DNA of 64,000 nt from a virus: IMG/VR virus record IMGVR_UViG_3300031576_000014, positions 1-64,000 of that record. One strand, given 5' to 3'. Shown here in pieces: positions 1 to 9,530 of the stretch. The notes below the pieces were generated by a model that saw only the letters and a list, made by a program, of their open reading frames with translations, was not told the origin of the DNA and did not search any database. The first letter of the stretch is position 1. The number at the start of each line of letters is the position of its first letter. The translations under genes were made by a program, and so were the position numbers.

Positions 1-164
1 CCGATCGCGAACAAGCTTGCGCACGCGAGAACCAAAGAAATACCGGCTGGAAGGTGGCTTCTCATTTCTCTCCTCCGGGTCCCTGTTGCACGTGTGGATG
101 AACCGATAGTTCCTGCCGCAGTCGCGCGTGCAGCGGCATGCCTCGCAGCGCTTCTTCTGCGTCT

Positions 165-1013
165 TCATGCCGCGGAGCATTCCACCGCGCAGAAGTCCGC
201 GGCGAAAGGGTCGTTGAGGTACCCCGTCGAGCACCTGTAGAGACCACCCTCACCCCAGGACGTGCCCCAGGAGTTCAGGCAGACGAAAACGAGGCCCGAC
301 GGCGTCGTCGTGTAGCCGAGGATCAGCGTCATGTGCCCGCCAAGCCTGGGCGCGGACCCCGGCGAGTCGAGCACCTCCCCCGCCTTGTAGTCCTCGAACG
401 ACTTCGCGACCTGCGTCCCGAACGGCACCGGATGGTTCTGGGCAAGCTGGTTGCAGACGTCCTCGATCCGCTGCTGGCCCGTCGAGCGGATCTTCGAGAG
501 GAGCGCCACGCGGCCCGCGCTCGCGTTCTGCTGCGCGTCCCAGGGAAGCTCCTCGTTGATCCTCGCCTCGTCGAACGGCCAGACATCCTCGGAGGGGACG
601 CCGAACTGCGAGAGCGCGTGGTAGGCGTCCGCCGGGTAGCTCCCGTCGTCCTGGAGCTTCGACTTCTTGGTCTGCTTCTCAAGCATCCGGGCGAAGGCGT
701 AGACGCCGAGCGGGGAAGGCTCCGGGAGCGTCTTGCCGAGGAAACGCAGCCGGACGTCTACGCCGCTTGCGCACGCGTGCCCGACGCACGAGGAGGTCCC
801 TCCCTGGTCGCGCACCCGGCGCACGAGCCCGACGAGAGAGAGCGCCTCCGTCGGCAGGTTCCGGGGCGCCCCGAAGCGCGCCCTCGCGTTCGCGTAAAGC
901 TGGTCGCGCGGCGCGTCGTCCGCCTTCCAGCCGAAGCGCGTCTTCGGCTGATGCATGGCAGCCGCCGACGACCTCTTCGGCGCCGGGGGCTGATCGCTGT
1001 CGACGTCGGTCAT
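165..1013 (-). CDS. Papain-like cysteine peptidase (C1 family)
   Basis: Motifs QGGTSSCVGHA (Gln/Cys), GGHMTLILGY (His) and CLNSWGTSWGEGG (Asn). Start taken at ATG 1013, preceded by TACGCT-N6. Confidence 0.9.
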   Translation of the reverse strand: MTDVDSDQPPAPKRSSAAAMHQPKTRFGWKADDAPRDQLYANARARFGAPRNLPTEALSLVGLVRRVRDQGGTSSCVGHACASGVDVRLRFLGKTLPEPSPLGVYAFARMLEKQTKKSKLQDDGSYPADAYHALSQFGVPSEDVWPFDEARINEELPWDAQQNASAGRVALLSKIRSTGQQRIEDVCNQLAQNHPVPFGTQVAKSFEDYKAGEVLDSPGSAPRLGGHMTLILGYTTTPSGLVFVCLNSWGTSWGEGGLYRCSTGYLNDPFAADFCAVECSAA

Positions 1014-1054
1014 GCGCGAAGCGTACGACGAAACCTTCCTTGCGTCAGCGGGGT

Positions 1055-1088
1055 GCGCACCACGTAAACCGCGGTTTACGTGGTGCGC
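1055..1088. repeat. 20-bp palindrome copy 1 (core 1062-1081), extended to a 34-bp perfect palindrome
   Basis: GCGCACC-ACGTAAACCGCGGTTTACGT-GGTGCGC. Confidence 0.97.
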
Positions 1089-1282
1089 TGGATCGGGCAA
1101 CGCGGGCACGGCACGCCCTCCCGTCCTTTCAGGTCGACGCGCACCCACGCGCGCCGCTTCCCTTTAGCCGCCGTCGCGCCGCACCACGAGCACATGAACC
1201 GTCTTGGACGTCCGAAACATCCCCAAACCTTCGGCGGTTCCCGGGACTTCGACGTCGACGCCCGCCAATGACCGCGCGTCAT
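1076..1282 (-). CDS. Small Cys-rich hypothetical protein
   Basis: CSWC and CPRC pairs; its TAA stop lies inside the palindrome. Confidence 0.4.
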   Translation of the reverse strand: MTRGHWRASTSKSREPPKVWGCFGRPRRFMCSWCGATAAKGKRRAWVRVDLKGREGVPCPRCPIQRTT

Positions 1283-1714
1283 CTACTTGCGGAACCCCTT
1301 CTCGCGCGCTGCCCGGGCGATCTGCTCGCGGAACCACTGCGACATCGTCTTGTTCTCCGACGACGCGATACGCAGGAGCAGCGCGTGGTCGCCGCGCGGG
1401 ACCAGGAACCCGACCTGCTGCACGTCCATCACCTCGCCACCGATCTCGACTGGTCTCGTCCTCGACTCTATCCCGTTCGCGCGCGCGCCCTTCGGCGGCG
1501 GGAGCATCTCCCACTTCGCGCCGCACTCGTCGCACTGGAAGACCCCCGTCCTCGTCTCGTCCTCGACGCGCAGGATCGGCCTGTCCGCGTACGGGTTCCC
1601 GGGCTCGTGGACCCGCCCTTTCGTCCTCCTGCGCGTCTGCGTCGAGGCGCACAGCGGGCACTCGCCCCTGCGCGCCCGCGCGTGCGCGACGTCGAGGACG
1701 GTGCCGCCCCTCAT
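1283..1714 (-). CDS. Zn-ribbon plus ribbon-helix-helix DNA-binding protein
   Basis: CPLC/CDEC pairs; C-terminal VGFLVP...LLRIASSENKTMSQWFREQI is RHH-like; ATGA overlap with upstream gene. Confidence 0.6.
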   Translation of the reverse strand: MRGGTVLDVAHARARRGECPLCASTQTRRRTKGRVHEPGNPYADRPILRVEDETRTGVFQCDECGAKWEMLPPPKGARANGIESRTRPVEIGGEVMDVQQVGFLVPRGDHALLLRIASSENKTMSQWFREQIARAAREKGFRK

Positions 1715-2067
1715 CGTCGCCCGAACTTCCGGAACGGCGCTCCCCGTCCGCGGCCAGGCCTCAGCTTCGCGATCCGGAAGACAGGGAACCACGTCGCAAC
1801 ATCGCGCAGCGCCTGGTAGAGCCTTGCGAAGACGAGGTTGTGCTCGGGGCCGCTTGCGTCGATCCGCACCTTCGCGAGGCGGCGCTGCCCGATCTTCCGG
1901 TTCTCCGCCCGCACCAGGAACGTGATCTCAGAGGAGCCGCAGGGGACGAGATCGTCGAGCAGCTCGACCTCGAACTCCGTGTCGCGGTATCCCGGCTGCC
2001 CGCGCACGAGATCGGTGATCGCACCGAGCGTGCCCCGCATGGTCGGACGGAAGTCGATCGGGTTCAC
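1711..2067 (-). CDS. Hypothetical protein
   Basis: Coupled ORF with protein-like composition. Confidence 0.6.
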   Translation of the reverse strand: MNPIDFRPTMRGTLGAITDLVRGQPGYRDTEFEVELLDDLVPCGSSEITFLVRAENRKIGQRRLAKVRIDASGPEHNLVFARLYQALRDVATWFPVFRIAKLRPGRGRGAPFRKFGRR

Positions 2068-2133
2068 GTGAAGTAGATCCCCGCAGCCGTCGCGAGCGCG
2101 GCGATGACTCCGATGACGGCCGCGCGAAGCACG

Positions 2134-2646
2134 TCAGCCCGGCCGCTTCCTGTACGACCCGTTGTGCCCGCGCCCGCACACGTTCGAGTCTGGTTCTTCT
2201 CCGGGAAGAAGTGGTTCGTGCTCACCGGCGTAGGCGTTTCCAAGCTCGCGCTCGAGGCAGACGAGGAGATCGCGAAGGACGCAGAGAGCGATCCCGAAGT
2301 CCGCAGGAAGCGTGCTGCTCTCCGCCACACGCACCGACTGCTTCTGCCCGGCAGGGCGAACGAACGCCCGGACGCACAGCAGGCTCTCCAGGTAGCGCGC
2401 GGGTTTCTCCTGCAACCGGTCCAGGGGCCCGTAATGCTCCTGGCGAACGATGATCTCGAGCGGCGTCTCCTGTGGCGTCCCCTCCTCGCTGAACACGTAC
2501 AGCCGACCTTCCGACTTTGCACGGCAGCGGTCGTAGAGCCCGCAGATCTCCGCGATCAGGTCCTCGACGGAGCGCATGCGCAGCGACGGACCCCGCCTCG
2601 TGAAGTCGTAGTCGCACACTTCGACGCCAGTTCCGCTCCAGTGCAT
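2134..2646 (-). CDS. Hypothetical protein
   Basis: Protein-like ORF in the minus-strand gene run. Confidence 0.5.
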   Translation of the reverse strand: MHWSGTGVEVCDYDFTRRGPSLRMRSVEDLIAEICGLYDRCRAKSEGRLYVFSEEGTPQETPLEIIVRQEHYGPLDRLQEKPARYLESLLCVRAFVRPAGQKQSVRVAESSTLPADFGIALCVLRDLLVCLERELGNAYAGEHEPLLPGEEPDSNVCGRGHNGSYRKRPG

Positions 2647-2662
2647 GACGTTCCCGTTGCCG

Positions 2663-3277
2663 CTACTCGTCGCTGGCGGTGTCGGTGTCGTTGTCGTTGT
2701 CGAGGTCGACGATCCGCGCTTGGACGCTCGTCGCGCCGCTCATCTTCCGGGCCGCGATCCTGTGGTGCCCGTCGTGGATGTAGCGCTTGCCGCCGACCTG
2801 CACGATGACCGGCTTGTCGACGAGCCCCCCGTGCCCGCTCGCGCGCGTGCCCTTCTCGACCGCGTCCGGGTCGTCCGCGTACTTGCTCAGGCGCTCGACG
2901 TTGAGCGTGCGCTGGATCGCGTTCAGCCCCTCAATCGGCACGTCCGTCGGCTTCGTCTTCTCCGCCCTCTTGAAGACTCCCTTGCCTTTGACCTGCTGGA
3001 CGTACTCCGCGCGGCTCGCGACCGGAAGGGGAACCCGGATGATGCCGGGCGTTCCCCCCGGCTCCGCCGCCCGGAGAGCGTTGGTGAAGACGTCGCCCGT
3101 CGCCTGCTGCTTCGCCCACGCGCGAAGGACGTCCGGCTTCGATGCCGTCTTCGCCTGCGGGTCCGGATCCTCGCTCGTCCCCTCCGGCTCCCCGTGCTCG
3201 TGCTCCTGCGGACTGGCCACGTTGTGATTCGCCGCTTGCATCGCGTCCATCGCGGCCGCCGCGTCTCGCCGACTCAT
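2663..3277 (-). CDS. ParB/Srx-like N-terminal domain protein
   Basis: PVIVQVGGKRYIHDGHHRIAARKMSG motif. Confidence 0.75.
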   Translation of the reverse strand: MSRRDAAAAMDAMQAANHNVASPQEHEHGEPEGTSEDPDPQAKTASKPDVLRAWAKQQATGDVFTNALRAAEPGGTPGIIRVPLPVASRAEYVQQVKGKGVFKRAEKTKPTDVPIEGLNAIQRTLNVERLSKYADDPDAVEKGTRASGHGGLVDKPVIVQVGGKRYIHDGHHRIAARKMSGATSVQARIVDLDNDNDTDTASDE

Positions 3278-3427
3278 CACATCGTCGCGTTTCACTTTCC
3301 CAGGTCTATCAATCCCCGGGCTTCGCCTCAAGACGCGACGGAGCGAGCGTGTGAAACGTCTCGGCCGCAAGCCTGACGAGCGGCTTTCCGCACTGCCTGC
3401 ACCGGCCCGTCATGCGTGCTTCTCCGC

Positions 3428-3493
3428 TTCCTCTGCCGCCCGCTTCGCCGACTCGAGCGATTCCTCTGCCGCCCGCTTCGCCGACTCGAGCGA
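3428..3493. repeat. 33-bp perfect tandem duplication (SLESAKRAAEE x2 on minus strand)
   Basis: TTCCTCTGCCGCCCGCTTCGCCGACTCGAGCGA at 3428 and 3461. Confidence 0.9.
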
Positions 3494-3554
3494 GCTTGCG
3501 GAGCCCCTAGCGATGAACTCCTCGCGGCCATCGATGCCGTCGAGCGGACGATCG

Positions 3555-4025
3555 TCATGCTCGTGCGGGCGGATTCCCCAGCGGTATAGCTTCTGCCCTA
3601 TCTTGTCGACGAGGAGCGTGACCCCGCCTTTGCGCGGGATCTGTAATGCTCCGGACCTCCGCCTTCCAGTGCCGGTCAACCCGCATCTCGCCTTCGACGG
3701 ATCGTCCGCCATCATCGATCGGCTCCCACGCCAGAACACGGCGCTGGCGCTCGTTGTAAGGGATGAACTCCTCAGGGCCGTCCCAGCGCACGTGGACCTT
3801 GACGTCTGCCGACAGACCGTCGTCCTCCTCCGCGTCGTCCGCGTCGACGCAGAACGAGACACCAAGCACCTCGAACACCTCGGTTCGCCCAGAATTGTTT
3901 GGACTGCTGGGACCTACTATCTCCTCCCCGCACACGACGATCTCGTCGCCCTTCCGCGGAAGGGCGTCGCACTTCATCGTCATGATCGACGAGTCCCCGT
4001 ACACGATCTCGACGTGGACGCTCAT
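3555..4025 (-). CDS. Hypothetical protein
   Basis: Acidic, protein-like ORF. Confidence 0.5.
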   Translation of the reverse strand: MSVHVEIVYGDSSIMTMKCDALPRKGDEIVVCGEEIVGPSSPNNSGRTEVFEVLGVSFCVDADDAEEDDGLSADVKVHVRWDGPEEFIPYNERQRRVLAWEPIDDGGRSVEGEMRVDRHWKAEVRSITDPAQRRGHAPRRQDRAEAIPLGNPPARA

Positions 4026-4049
4026 GCCGAAACGTTGCCGCCGGTCAGG

Positions 4050-4316
4050 CTAGTCCGCCATGTTGTCGTAGACGTGCGCGACGACCGCCCAGGGCTCGTC
4101 GTAGGAACCCCAATTCTTCTCGACGGCCGCCTTCGCCTTTCCCCAGGCTGCTTCGTCTTCGACCCAGGCAGGAGGATTGTCCGCCCGCTTCCGGTTCTTC
4201 GGATCCTTGCGCACCCAGGCCGCCTGCTTCGCGGACAGGTCCGCGCTCGTCTTCGGCGATGCCTTCCAGCCGCCCGCCACCATCTTCTTCGCCCACGAAC
4301 GCGTCACCGACGCCAT
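4050..4316 (-). CDS. Hypothetical protein (Trp-rich)
   Basis: 88-aa ORF, PAWVEDEAAWGKAKAAVEK. Confidence 0.65.
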   Translation of the reverse strand: MASVTRSWAKKMVAGGWKASPKTSADLSAKQAAWVRKDPKNRKRADNPPAWVEDEAAWGKAKAAVEKNWGSYDEPWAVVAHVYDNMAD

Positions 4317-4654
4317 CGCGCCAGGCTAGCACTTCGGAAGCTGGCGGCGCGGCCAAGCATGCTGCACCACCTGGTCGACGTCCTTCGTCCAGCCCTGCTT
4401 CTCCGCGCGCAGGAGATCTTCCGCAAGGATGACCTGGAGCTGCCCAACCCGGTTCGGGTGCACGATCGCCACGAGCGGCGGGACCGTCTCGCTCGAGCGG
4501 CGTCCGCAAAGCACGCCCTGCACGTAGCTGGCAACCTTCCGAACGATCTCGTCGGCGTTCTTCTGCGTGACCGCCACCGCGCGCGACTCCCTCGAGACGT
4601 CCAAGACAGCCCAGCGGATGGCTCTCTCCATCAGCTTCGTCAAGCGACCTCCTG

Positions 4655-4891
4655 TCAAGCGACCTCCTCTAGGTTCCGCTCAATCCGCTCAAGCGCGCGC
4701 GGGGCAAGGCGGCCGGACCAGGAGACGACGTTGTGGAGGGTCTCGACGGACATCCGGAGAAGGCGCGCCGTCGCGCCCTGCCCGCGCAGGACGACCAGCG
4801 CTCGAACCTTCTTCTGCGTCTCCTCGGGCACGAGGACGGTCCTCTTGCGCGAGCCTGTGTTCCCCTTGGCGTGGTTCGTCTTTCTCAACAT
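4655..4891 (-). CDS. Small HTH DNA-binding protein
   Basis: GQGATARLLRMSVETLHNVV HTH-like segment; palindrome directly upstream. Confidence 0.55.
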   Translation of the reverse strand: MLRKTNHAKGNTGSRKRTVLVPEETQKKVRALVVLRGQGATARLLRMSVETLHNVVSWSGRLAPRALERIERNLEEVA

Positions 4892-4915
4892 GCTGCCCGA
4901 TCTTGCCGCGCTCCC

Positions 4916-4935
4916 ACGTAAACCGCGGTTTACGT
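4916..4935. repeat. 20-bp palindrome copy 2
   Basis: ACGTAAACCGCGGTTTACGT, intergenic. Confidence 0.97.
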
Positions 4936-4946
4936 GAGGAACCCCT

Positions 4947-5318
4947 TCAGATTGGCTTCTCCTTCGCCCCCAAAAAACGTGGAAGGTCACCGCGCGGGCC
5001 CGAGAAGAGGAGGCATCTGGCCGGACTCGTACGCGTGGGCGAGCTGCGGCGCGAGCTTCTCTCCTCGCGCGGGATCCTCTGATTCTTCATCACGCCGACG
5101 CCCTGCGCGACCGCCTCCTTCGCGACGAAGTAGCTCGCGACGGAGATGCTCGCGTTCGCCAGCTCCTCGCTCCCCGTCCCGCCGATCTCCATCGCCATCG
5201 CGATCGCCGCCGCGCGGAAGTTCGTCGCCGCAGCAGGACCGTATGTCGCCTGCCACATGCCCGCGCACCGCGCCTGGATCTCCTCCGGCGTCGTCTCCGC
5301 CTTCTTGTCCTCAGCCAT
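4947..5318 (-). CDS. Hypothetical protein (3' end uncertain)
   Basis: GAGGAG RBS; possible frameshift near 5060 with an alternative end at 4987. Confidence 0.55.
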   Translation of the reverse strand: MAEDKKAETTPEEIQARCAGMWQATYGPAAATNFRAAAIAMAMEIGGTGSEELANASISVASYFVAKEAVAQGVGVMKNQRIPREERSSRRSSPTRTSPARCLLFSGPRGDLPRFLGAKEKPI

Positions 5319-5354
5319 CGACCGGCTCCTCTTCGAGAAGAGCCGTTGCCGCGC

Positions 5355-7298
5355 CTACACCCATTCCTGCGTGGGCTTCACCTTGAAAACGAACGGCTCG
5401 GACTCGAAACGCCGCGGACCCGCGAGCGTGTCGACGGTCCCCTCGAACCGGATCTCCCAGTCTCCCGGGACAGCATAGGTGAACTCGAACGTGTACTTCC
5501 CGAGAGCCGCGCGGACGATCGTCCCGAGCTGCTCGGAGGGGATGCTGTCCTTGCGAGGCGTGCACAGCGTGACGAAGATCTGGTTCGCGTCGGCCGGAAC
5601 GACGGTCACCCCGTCGTCGACGACGACGCTGCACACCGCGAGGACTGGGACAAGCGTGCGGACCATCGTCGGCTCCATGTGGATCGTAGCCCTGACCAGT
5701 GGCAGGACCACCACGATAGTGACCGGGATCCCCGACGTCGGAAGGATCCCGAAGACGAGCGTCAGAAACGTCGCCGGATGATGTGCGACGGGAAGAAAGG
5801 GCCTCACGATGCGGTCCGGGTAATGCGGGAACGGGAACGCCTCCTCGACCGGGGCGACGGGGAAGGGGTAGAGAGCGTGGAACTGCTCAAGCGGCGGGCG
5901 GGACAACGACCGGCGCACCTCGTCGGGGAAGCTCGGGGCCCATGTCAGGGGCGGCAGCGGTGCCTGGAACTCCGGCACCACGAAGAAGCGATGGATGTTC
6001 GCCGGCACGGACGCGCGCTCGACGTGGTCCGGGAACCGTGGCGCCCAGTCAAGCGGGATTGTTTCTTCTGGTTGGGCCGACGTCGCGAACGTCTGGTGCA
6101 AGTTCGCCGGCACGGGTGCCCGAAGAACGCGCTCCGGGTAGTGCGGTTGCCAGTCGAGGGGGGCCGTCTCCTCTGGCTGGACCGGCATCGCGAAGAACGG
6201 ATGGATGGTGGTGGACGGTTTCGCACGTTCGGCTCGGTCGGAGTAGCGCGGATGCCAGTCGAGGGGGACCGTTTCTTCGGGTTGGACCGGTGCCGCGAAA
6301 GCTTGATGAGCCGAGACGGGCGTCTTCGTCCGATCCGCACGATCCGGGTAGTGCGGCTGCCAGTCGAGGGGGATCTTTTCTTCGGGTTGGACGGGCGTTG
6401 CGAAAAACGGTTGAACAGACGCGCGCTGCTTCGCCCGCTCCACGCGGTCCGGGTCCCACGGCTGCCAGTCGAGAGGGATCGTTTCTTCGGGTTGGACCGG
6501 CATCGCATGCGCTTGTTGCAGATGCGCGGGATGCGCCGGTCGATGAACGCTGTTGGGGTAGACGGGAGGCGTGATTTCCGGAACAACAGCCGCGGGGACG
6601 AGGAGCGTCTGAAACAGATGCTGCTGAAGGTGCGTCGGATGCTTCGGCCGCTCGACGCTGTCCGGGTAGTGCGTCTTGGGGAAGAAAGCTTGAGCGAAGT
6701 CGGCCGAGACGACGCGCGTCGCCGTCGTGCCGACGCGCATGTCGACGTCGGCGTTCGTCATGCCTCCCGCACCCGTGCGCTCCCAGGCAAGCTGGACGAA
6801 GATGAACTCGTTCGTGACGGAGAAGGGTCCAGGGTTGAAGGTCGCCGTGCTCGTCTGCTGCGCGCTCGTCGTCAGGTTCGTGACGAGCCCCCCGAGCTGC
6901 TGCGCGTCGGTGATCTCCGTCGCGCCCGACCCGTCCGTGTTCGGCCCGCGGAAGAGCCGGCAGCGCATGCGCCCGTCCTGCGAGCCGCCGTTCGTGACCG
7001 CGATGCAGGCGAAGTTCACGTCCCAGTTCGCGCCGGCGAACTCGCCCGAGTAGCGGTCCGTCGTCCGCAGACAGTCGCCGTCCACCGTGTCGATCGTCCC
7101 GTCGGGCGGCGCCGTGTCGACGAACGTGGCCGCCGCCCTCTCAACCTGCGAGTTGAACGCGGAGTGGTTGATCGCCCCCGTGCCGACGATCCAGCCCGTG
7201 ACCGGCGACGCCGTCGCGTCGCCGCCGGGCGAGGTCTCGCTCATCTCCTGGTGCACGGAGACGAGCGAGTTCGTGGCGAACCAGGTGATCGCCGCCAT
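5355..7298 (-). CDS. Putative virion protein with Pro-rich 35-aa repeats and C-terminal Ig-like domain
   Basis: Thr/Gly-rich beta N-terminus, PVQPEETxPLDWxPxYPDR repeats, C-terminal GKYTFEFTYAVPGDWEIRFEG. Confidence 0.75.
   Translation of the reverse strand: MAAITWFATNSLVSVHQEMSETSPGGDATASPVTGWIVGTGAINHSAFNSQVERAAATFVDTAPPDGTIDTVDGDCLRTTDRYSGEFAGANWDVNFACIAVTNGGSQDGRMRCRLFRGPNTDGSGATEITDAQQLGGLVTNLTTSAQQTSTATFNPGPFSVTNEFIFVQLAWERTGAGGMTNADVDMRVGTTATRVVSADFAQAFFPKTHYPDSVERPKHPTHLQQHLFQTLLVPAAVVPEITPPVYPNSVHRPAHPAHLQQAHAMPVQPEETIPLDWQPWDPDRVERAKQRASVQPFFATPVQPEEKIPLDWQPHYPDRADRTKTPVSAHQAFAAPVQPEETVPLDWHPRYSDRAERAKPSTTIHPFFAMPVQPEETAPLDWQPHYPERVLRAPVPANLHQTFATSAQPEETIPLDWAPRFPDHVERASVPANIHRFFVVPEFQAPLPPLTWAPSFPDEVRRSLSRPPLEQFHALYPFPVAPVEEAFPFPHYPDRIVRPFLPVAHHPATFLTLVFGILPTSGIPVTIVVVLPLVRATIHMEPTMVRTLVPVLAVCSVVVDDGVTVVPADANQIFVTLCTPRKDSIPSEQLGTIVRAALGKYTFEFTYAVPGDWEIRFEGTVDTLAGPRRFESEPFVFKVKPTQEWV
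5976..6500 (-). repeat. Five 105-bp coding tandem repeats plus degenerate flanking copies
   Basis: CAGTC(G/A)AG anchor at 6046, 6151, 6256, 6361 and 6466 (period 105). Confidence 0.92.
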
Positions 7299-7301
7299 GG
7301 G

Positions 7302-7598
7302 CTACGGGGCCTTCCATTCGCCGCGGATGCGTTCGAAGACGCGCGCCATCTTGGCGTGGCTAGTGTAGCGGCCGAACTTGAGCCAGCCGAGCGAGCGGAG
7401 GATCGTCGCCGCATCGTCTGTCGAGACAACCGTCCCATCCTCTTCGATCAGGTAGTAGTGGTCGCCCCCGGAGTGGACCGTGAGCTTGTCGCCGTGCTTC
7501 TCGACGACGGCGAGCACGCCCTCGGGCGGCGCCTCCGCCCACGCACCGTCTTCGAGGCCGTAGGTCGATCCGTCGTCGTAGTAGATCCTCCACGTCAC
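7302..7598 (-). CDS. Hypothetical protein
   Basis: Coupled ORF. Confidence 0.7.
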   Translation of the reverse strand: MTWRIYYDDGSTYGLEDGAWAEAPPEGVLAVVEKHGDKLTVHSGGDHYYLIEEDGTVVSTDDAATILRSLGWLKFGRYTSHAKMARVFERIRGEWKAP

Positions 7599-7849
7599 CG
7601 TGCTCCCACGGCGCGCAGGAACCGATAGCGCCGCTCAACCGCTTCGAGCTTCTTCTCGAAAGGCTCGCAGCGTTCGTAGCAGCGGAGCAGGTCGCAGACC
7701 GGCTTGTCGCACATCGCGCAGCGCGTCTTCGGCTGCTCGCCTGCCGGAACCGGAACGATGCGGTTGCAGTGGCAGCAGGTGAACGTGTCACGTTCGTGGT
7801 CCGGCTTCCCGGGCTCGGAAACGACCGCGTATCCGCCCGCCCGGCGCAC
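7595..7849 (-). CDS. Zn-finger protein
   Basis: CCHC...CAMC...C..C...C pattern. Confidence 0.65.
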   Translation of the reverse strand: MRRAGGYAVVSEPGKPDHERDTFTCCHCNRIVPVPAGEQPKTRCAMCDKPVCDLLRCYERCEPFEKKLEAVERRYRFLRAVGAR

Positions 7850-7853
7850 CGGT

Positions 7854-8252
7854 TTACTCCCCCGTCGGCGCTGCGCGGTCGACCGAGACGACGATGCGCT
7901 GGAAGATCCCGCCCGGGTGGTTCGAGAGGAGATGCCCCTGGACCGTCGCTGTCACCTGGCCGCCCATCGACGCGGCGATGCCCTCCGCCGCGTCGATGCC
8001 CGCGTTCATCTGCGCCTGCACCTTCGGGAGCTTCGCCTTGACCGCGTCCGACGCCGCCGACGCCGTCTTCGACATCTCGAGGATCTTCGTCGGGTCCTTC
8101 TCGCCCGGCGGAAACCTGGACGCGACTTCCCGGGCCGCCGTTTCCGGAGCCGTCTTCTCGTGGTTCTTCAGCTCGGCTTCGAGGACCTTGCGCAGATCCT
8201 TCGCGTCGCATCCCGCCGCGCCCAGCACGCCCGTGTCGATCGTCCAGTGCAT
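7854..8252 (-). CDS. Hypothetical protein
   Basis: ATG 8252 directly follows the upstream stop, with GAGGAG RBS. Confidence 0.6.
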   Translation of the reverse strand: MHWTIDTGVLGAAGCDAKDLRKVLEAELKNHEKTAPETAAREVASRFPPGEKDPTKILEMSKTASAASDAVKAKLPKVQAQMNAGIDAAEGIAASMGGQVTATVQGHLLSNHPGGIFQRIVVSVDRAAPTGE

Positions 8253-8254
8253 GT

Positions 8255-8707
8255 CTATTGCTCCTCGAATTGAGCGCCTGCGTCGAACGCCGTGGTTGTC
8301 GCGGCGGAGAGGCCGACGATGAACCCGTTGCTCGCCGTCGCCGGGATGACCAGCTCGCTGTACGGTGCCGCGACCCAGCGAAAGCTCGCCCTCTGGTTGA
8401 GGGGTTCGCCCCAGACGAACGCGCCCGCCGTGATCGTCGGGTCCACCGTGACCGTGTCCTTCGCGACGATCGTCGCCGCGACCGTGTCCGCCGGCTCGAG
8501 CGCGTTCGGCGTGAGCGCGCTGCCCGTGCCCGCCGTCGTGCAACGCTGGATGATCCAGAGGAACGCGTTGTCCCCCGGCGTCGCGCCGCTGCCGAAGCCG
8601 ATGTCGTAGATCTTCCCCCGGCTCGGCGTCGCCGCAGCGGCCACGAGGAGCAGAACGGTTTGAACGCTCGCCGCGCCCTTGCTCGCCTTCACACCGAACC
8701 GCGCCAT
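8255..8707 (-). CDS. Putative virion structural protein
   Basis: Ala/Thr/Gly-rich 150 aa; AGGAG RBS and upstream TATGGT -10-like box. Confidence 0.65.
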   Translation of the reverse strand: MARFGVKASKGAASVQTVLLLVAAAATPSRGKIYDIGFGSGATPGDNAFLWIIQRCTTAGTGSALTPNALEPADTVAATIVAKDTVTVDPTITAGAFVWGEPLNQRASFRWVAAPYSELVIPATASNGFIVGLSAATTTAFDAGAQFEEQ

Positions 8708-8919
8708 GAGATCGCTCCTGGGTTCCGATCACCATACAAGGCGACCTCTGCGGTTTCAACCCGTTCTCGTTGCGCCGCTCGCGGGCGGTCTGTAGCGGCG
8801 TCATCCGGCGAACGCGCGGACCAGCTCGTGGACGACGGCGAAGAAGATCCCTCCCGTGACGAATCCCCAGAAGAACGAGTCGATGCTCTTGACCGGCTCC
8901 ATGCCTTCTTCGAGCAGCC

Positions 8920-9423
8920 TCACGCAGCCTCTCCGGAAGACGGAACGGAGAAGATGTCGACGTAGCCGGCGAGGTCCGCCGAGTCGACGAACGCGGAGCC
9001 CAGCTCGCGCTCCTGGTCGCCCGTCAGCCTCGGCAGCTCACCTGACTCGTCGCCTTCCCCGGACGCTTCGATCGCCGCGAGAGCATGCCTGACCTTTCGG
9101 AGCGCTCCGTCGACGATCTGGCGCGCGCGCTCGCGCGTCATGTTCAGGAGCGCTCCCACCTCCTCGAGCGTCGCACCGCCCCGGTCCGCGACGTCGAGCG
9201 CGCACGAGTCCGTCATTTCGTCCGGCTCGAGGTCCGGGAAGTTCAGCTTCAGACCGCCCGTCCTCGCGACGACGTCGAGGTAGAGATTCCACCTGCACGA
9301 AATGTGCGGGCATGGCCTCGGCACTTCCCGGCAATCCCCGCGCGTGCGGGGCATCATGCGCGCGTCCGCCTCCGGGTAAAGGACGTGGAGACGCAAACGT
9401 TCCCGCTTCGACGCGCGCTTCAT
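8920..9423 (-). CDS. Sigma-70 region 4 HTH protein with Cys-rich N-domain (start may lie further upstream)
   Basis: [22 protein letters not shown]; PRTRGDC...[15 protein letters not shown]. Confidence 0.8.
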   Translation of the reverse strand: MKRASKRERLRLHVLYPEADARMMPRTRGDCREVPRPCPHISCRWNLYLDVVARTGGLKLNFPDLEPDEMTDSCALDVADRGGATLEEVGALLNMTRERARQIVDGALRKVRHALAAIEASGEGDESGELPRLTGDQERELGSAFVDSADLAGYVDIFSVPSSGEAA

Positions 9424-9530
9424 GTTGATGGTCGCACCCCTGACGACGCGCTTCCTCCGGGAGCGCAGGAGATCGCGCGACGTCGTCGGCGGGAGGTCGG
9501 GCCGCGTGTTTGATGCGTGATGCTTCGCCT

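Noticed and set aside
3345-3395. Hammerhead-like words GAAACGTC and CTGACGA
   Set aside because: Stems II and III cannot be formed in any standard permutation.
4639-4668. 15-bp tandem duplication GTCAAGCGACCTCCT
   Set aside because: Real but looks like a simple slippage duplication of a stop/RBS junction.
4947-5080. Programmed frameshift near 5060
   Set aside because: The alternative frame gives a plausible tail, but there is no slippery heptamer or diagnostic motif; cannot be told from an indel.
5976-6500. 105-bp repeats as DGR template/variable repeats
   Set aside because: Tandem in-frame coding units; differences are not adenine-specific and no reverse transcriptase is present.
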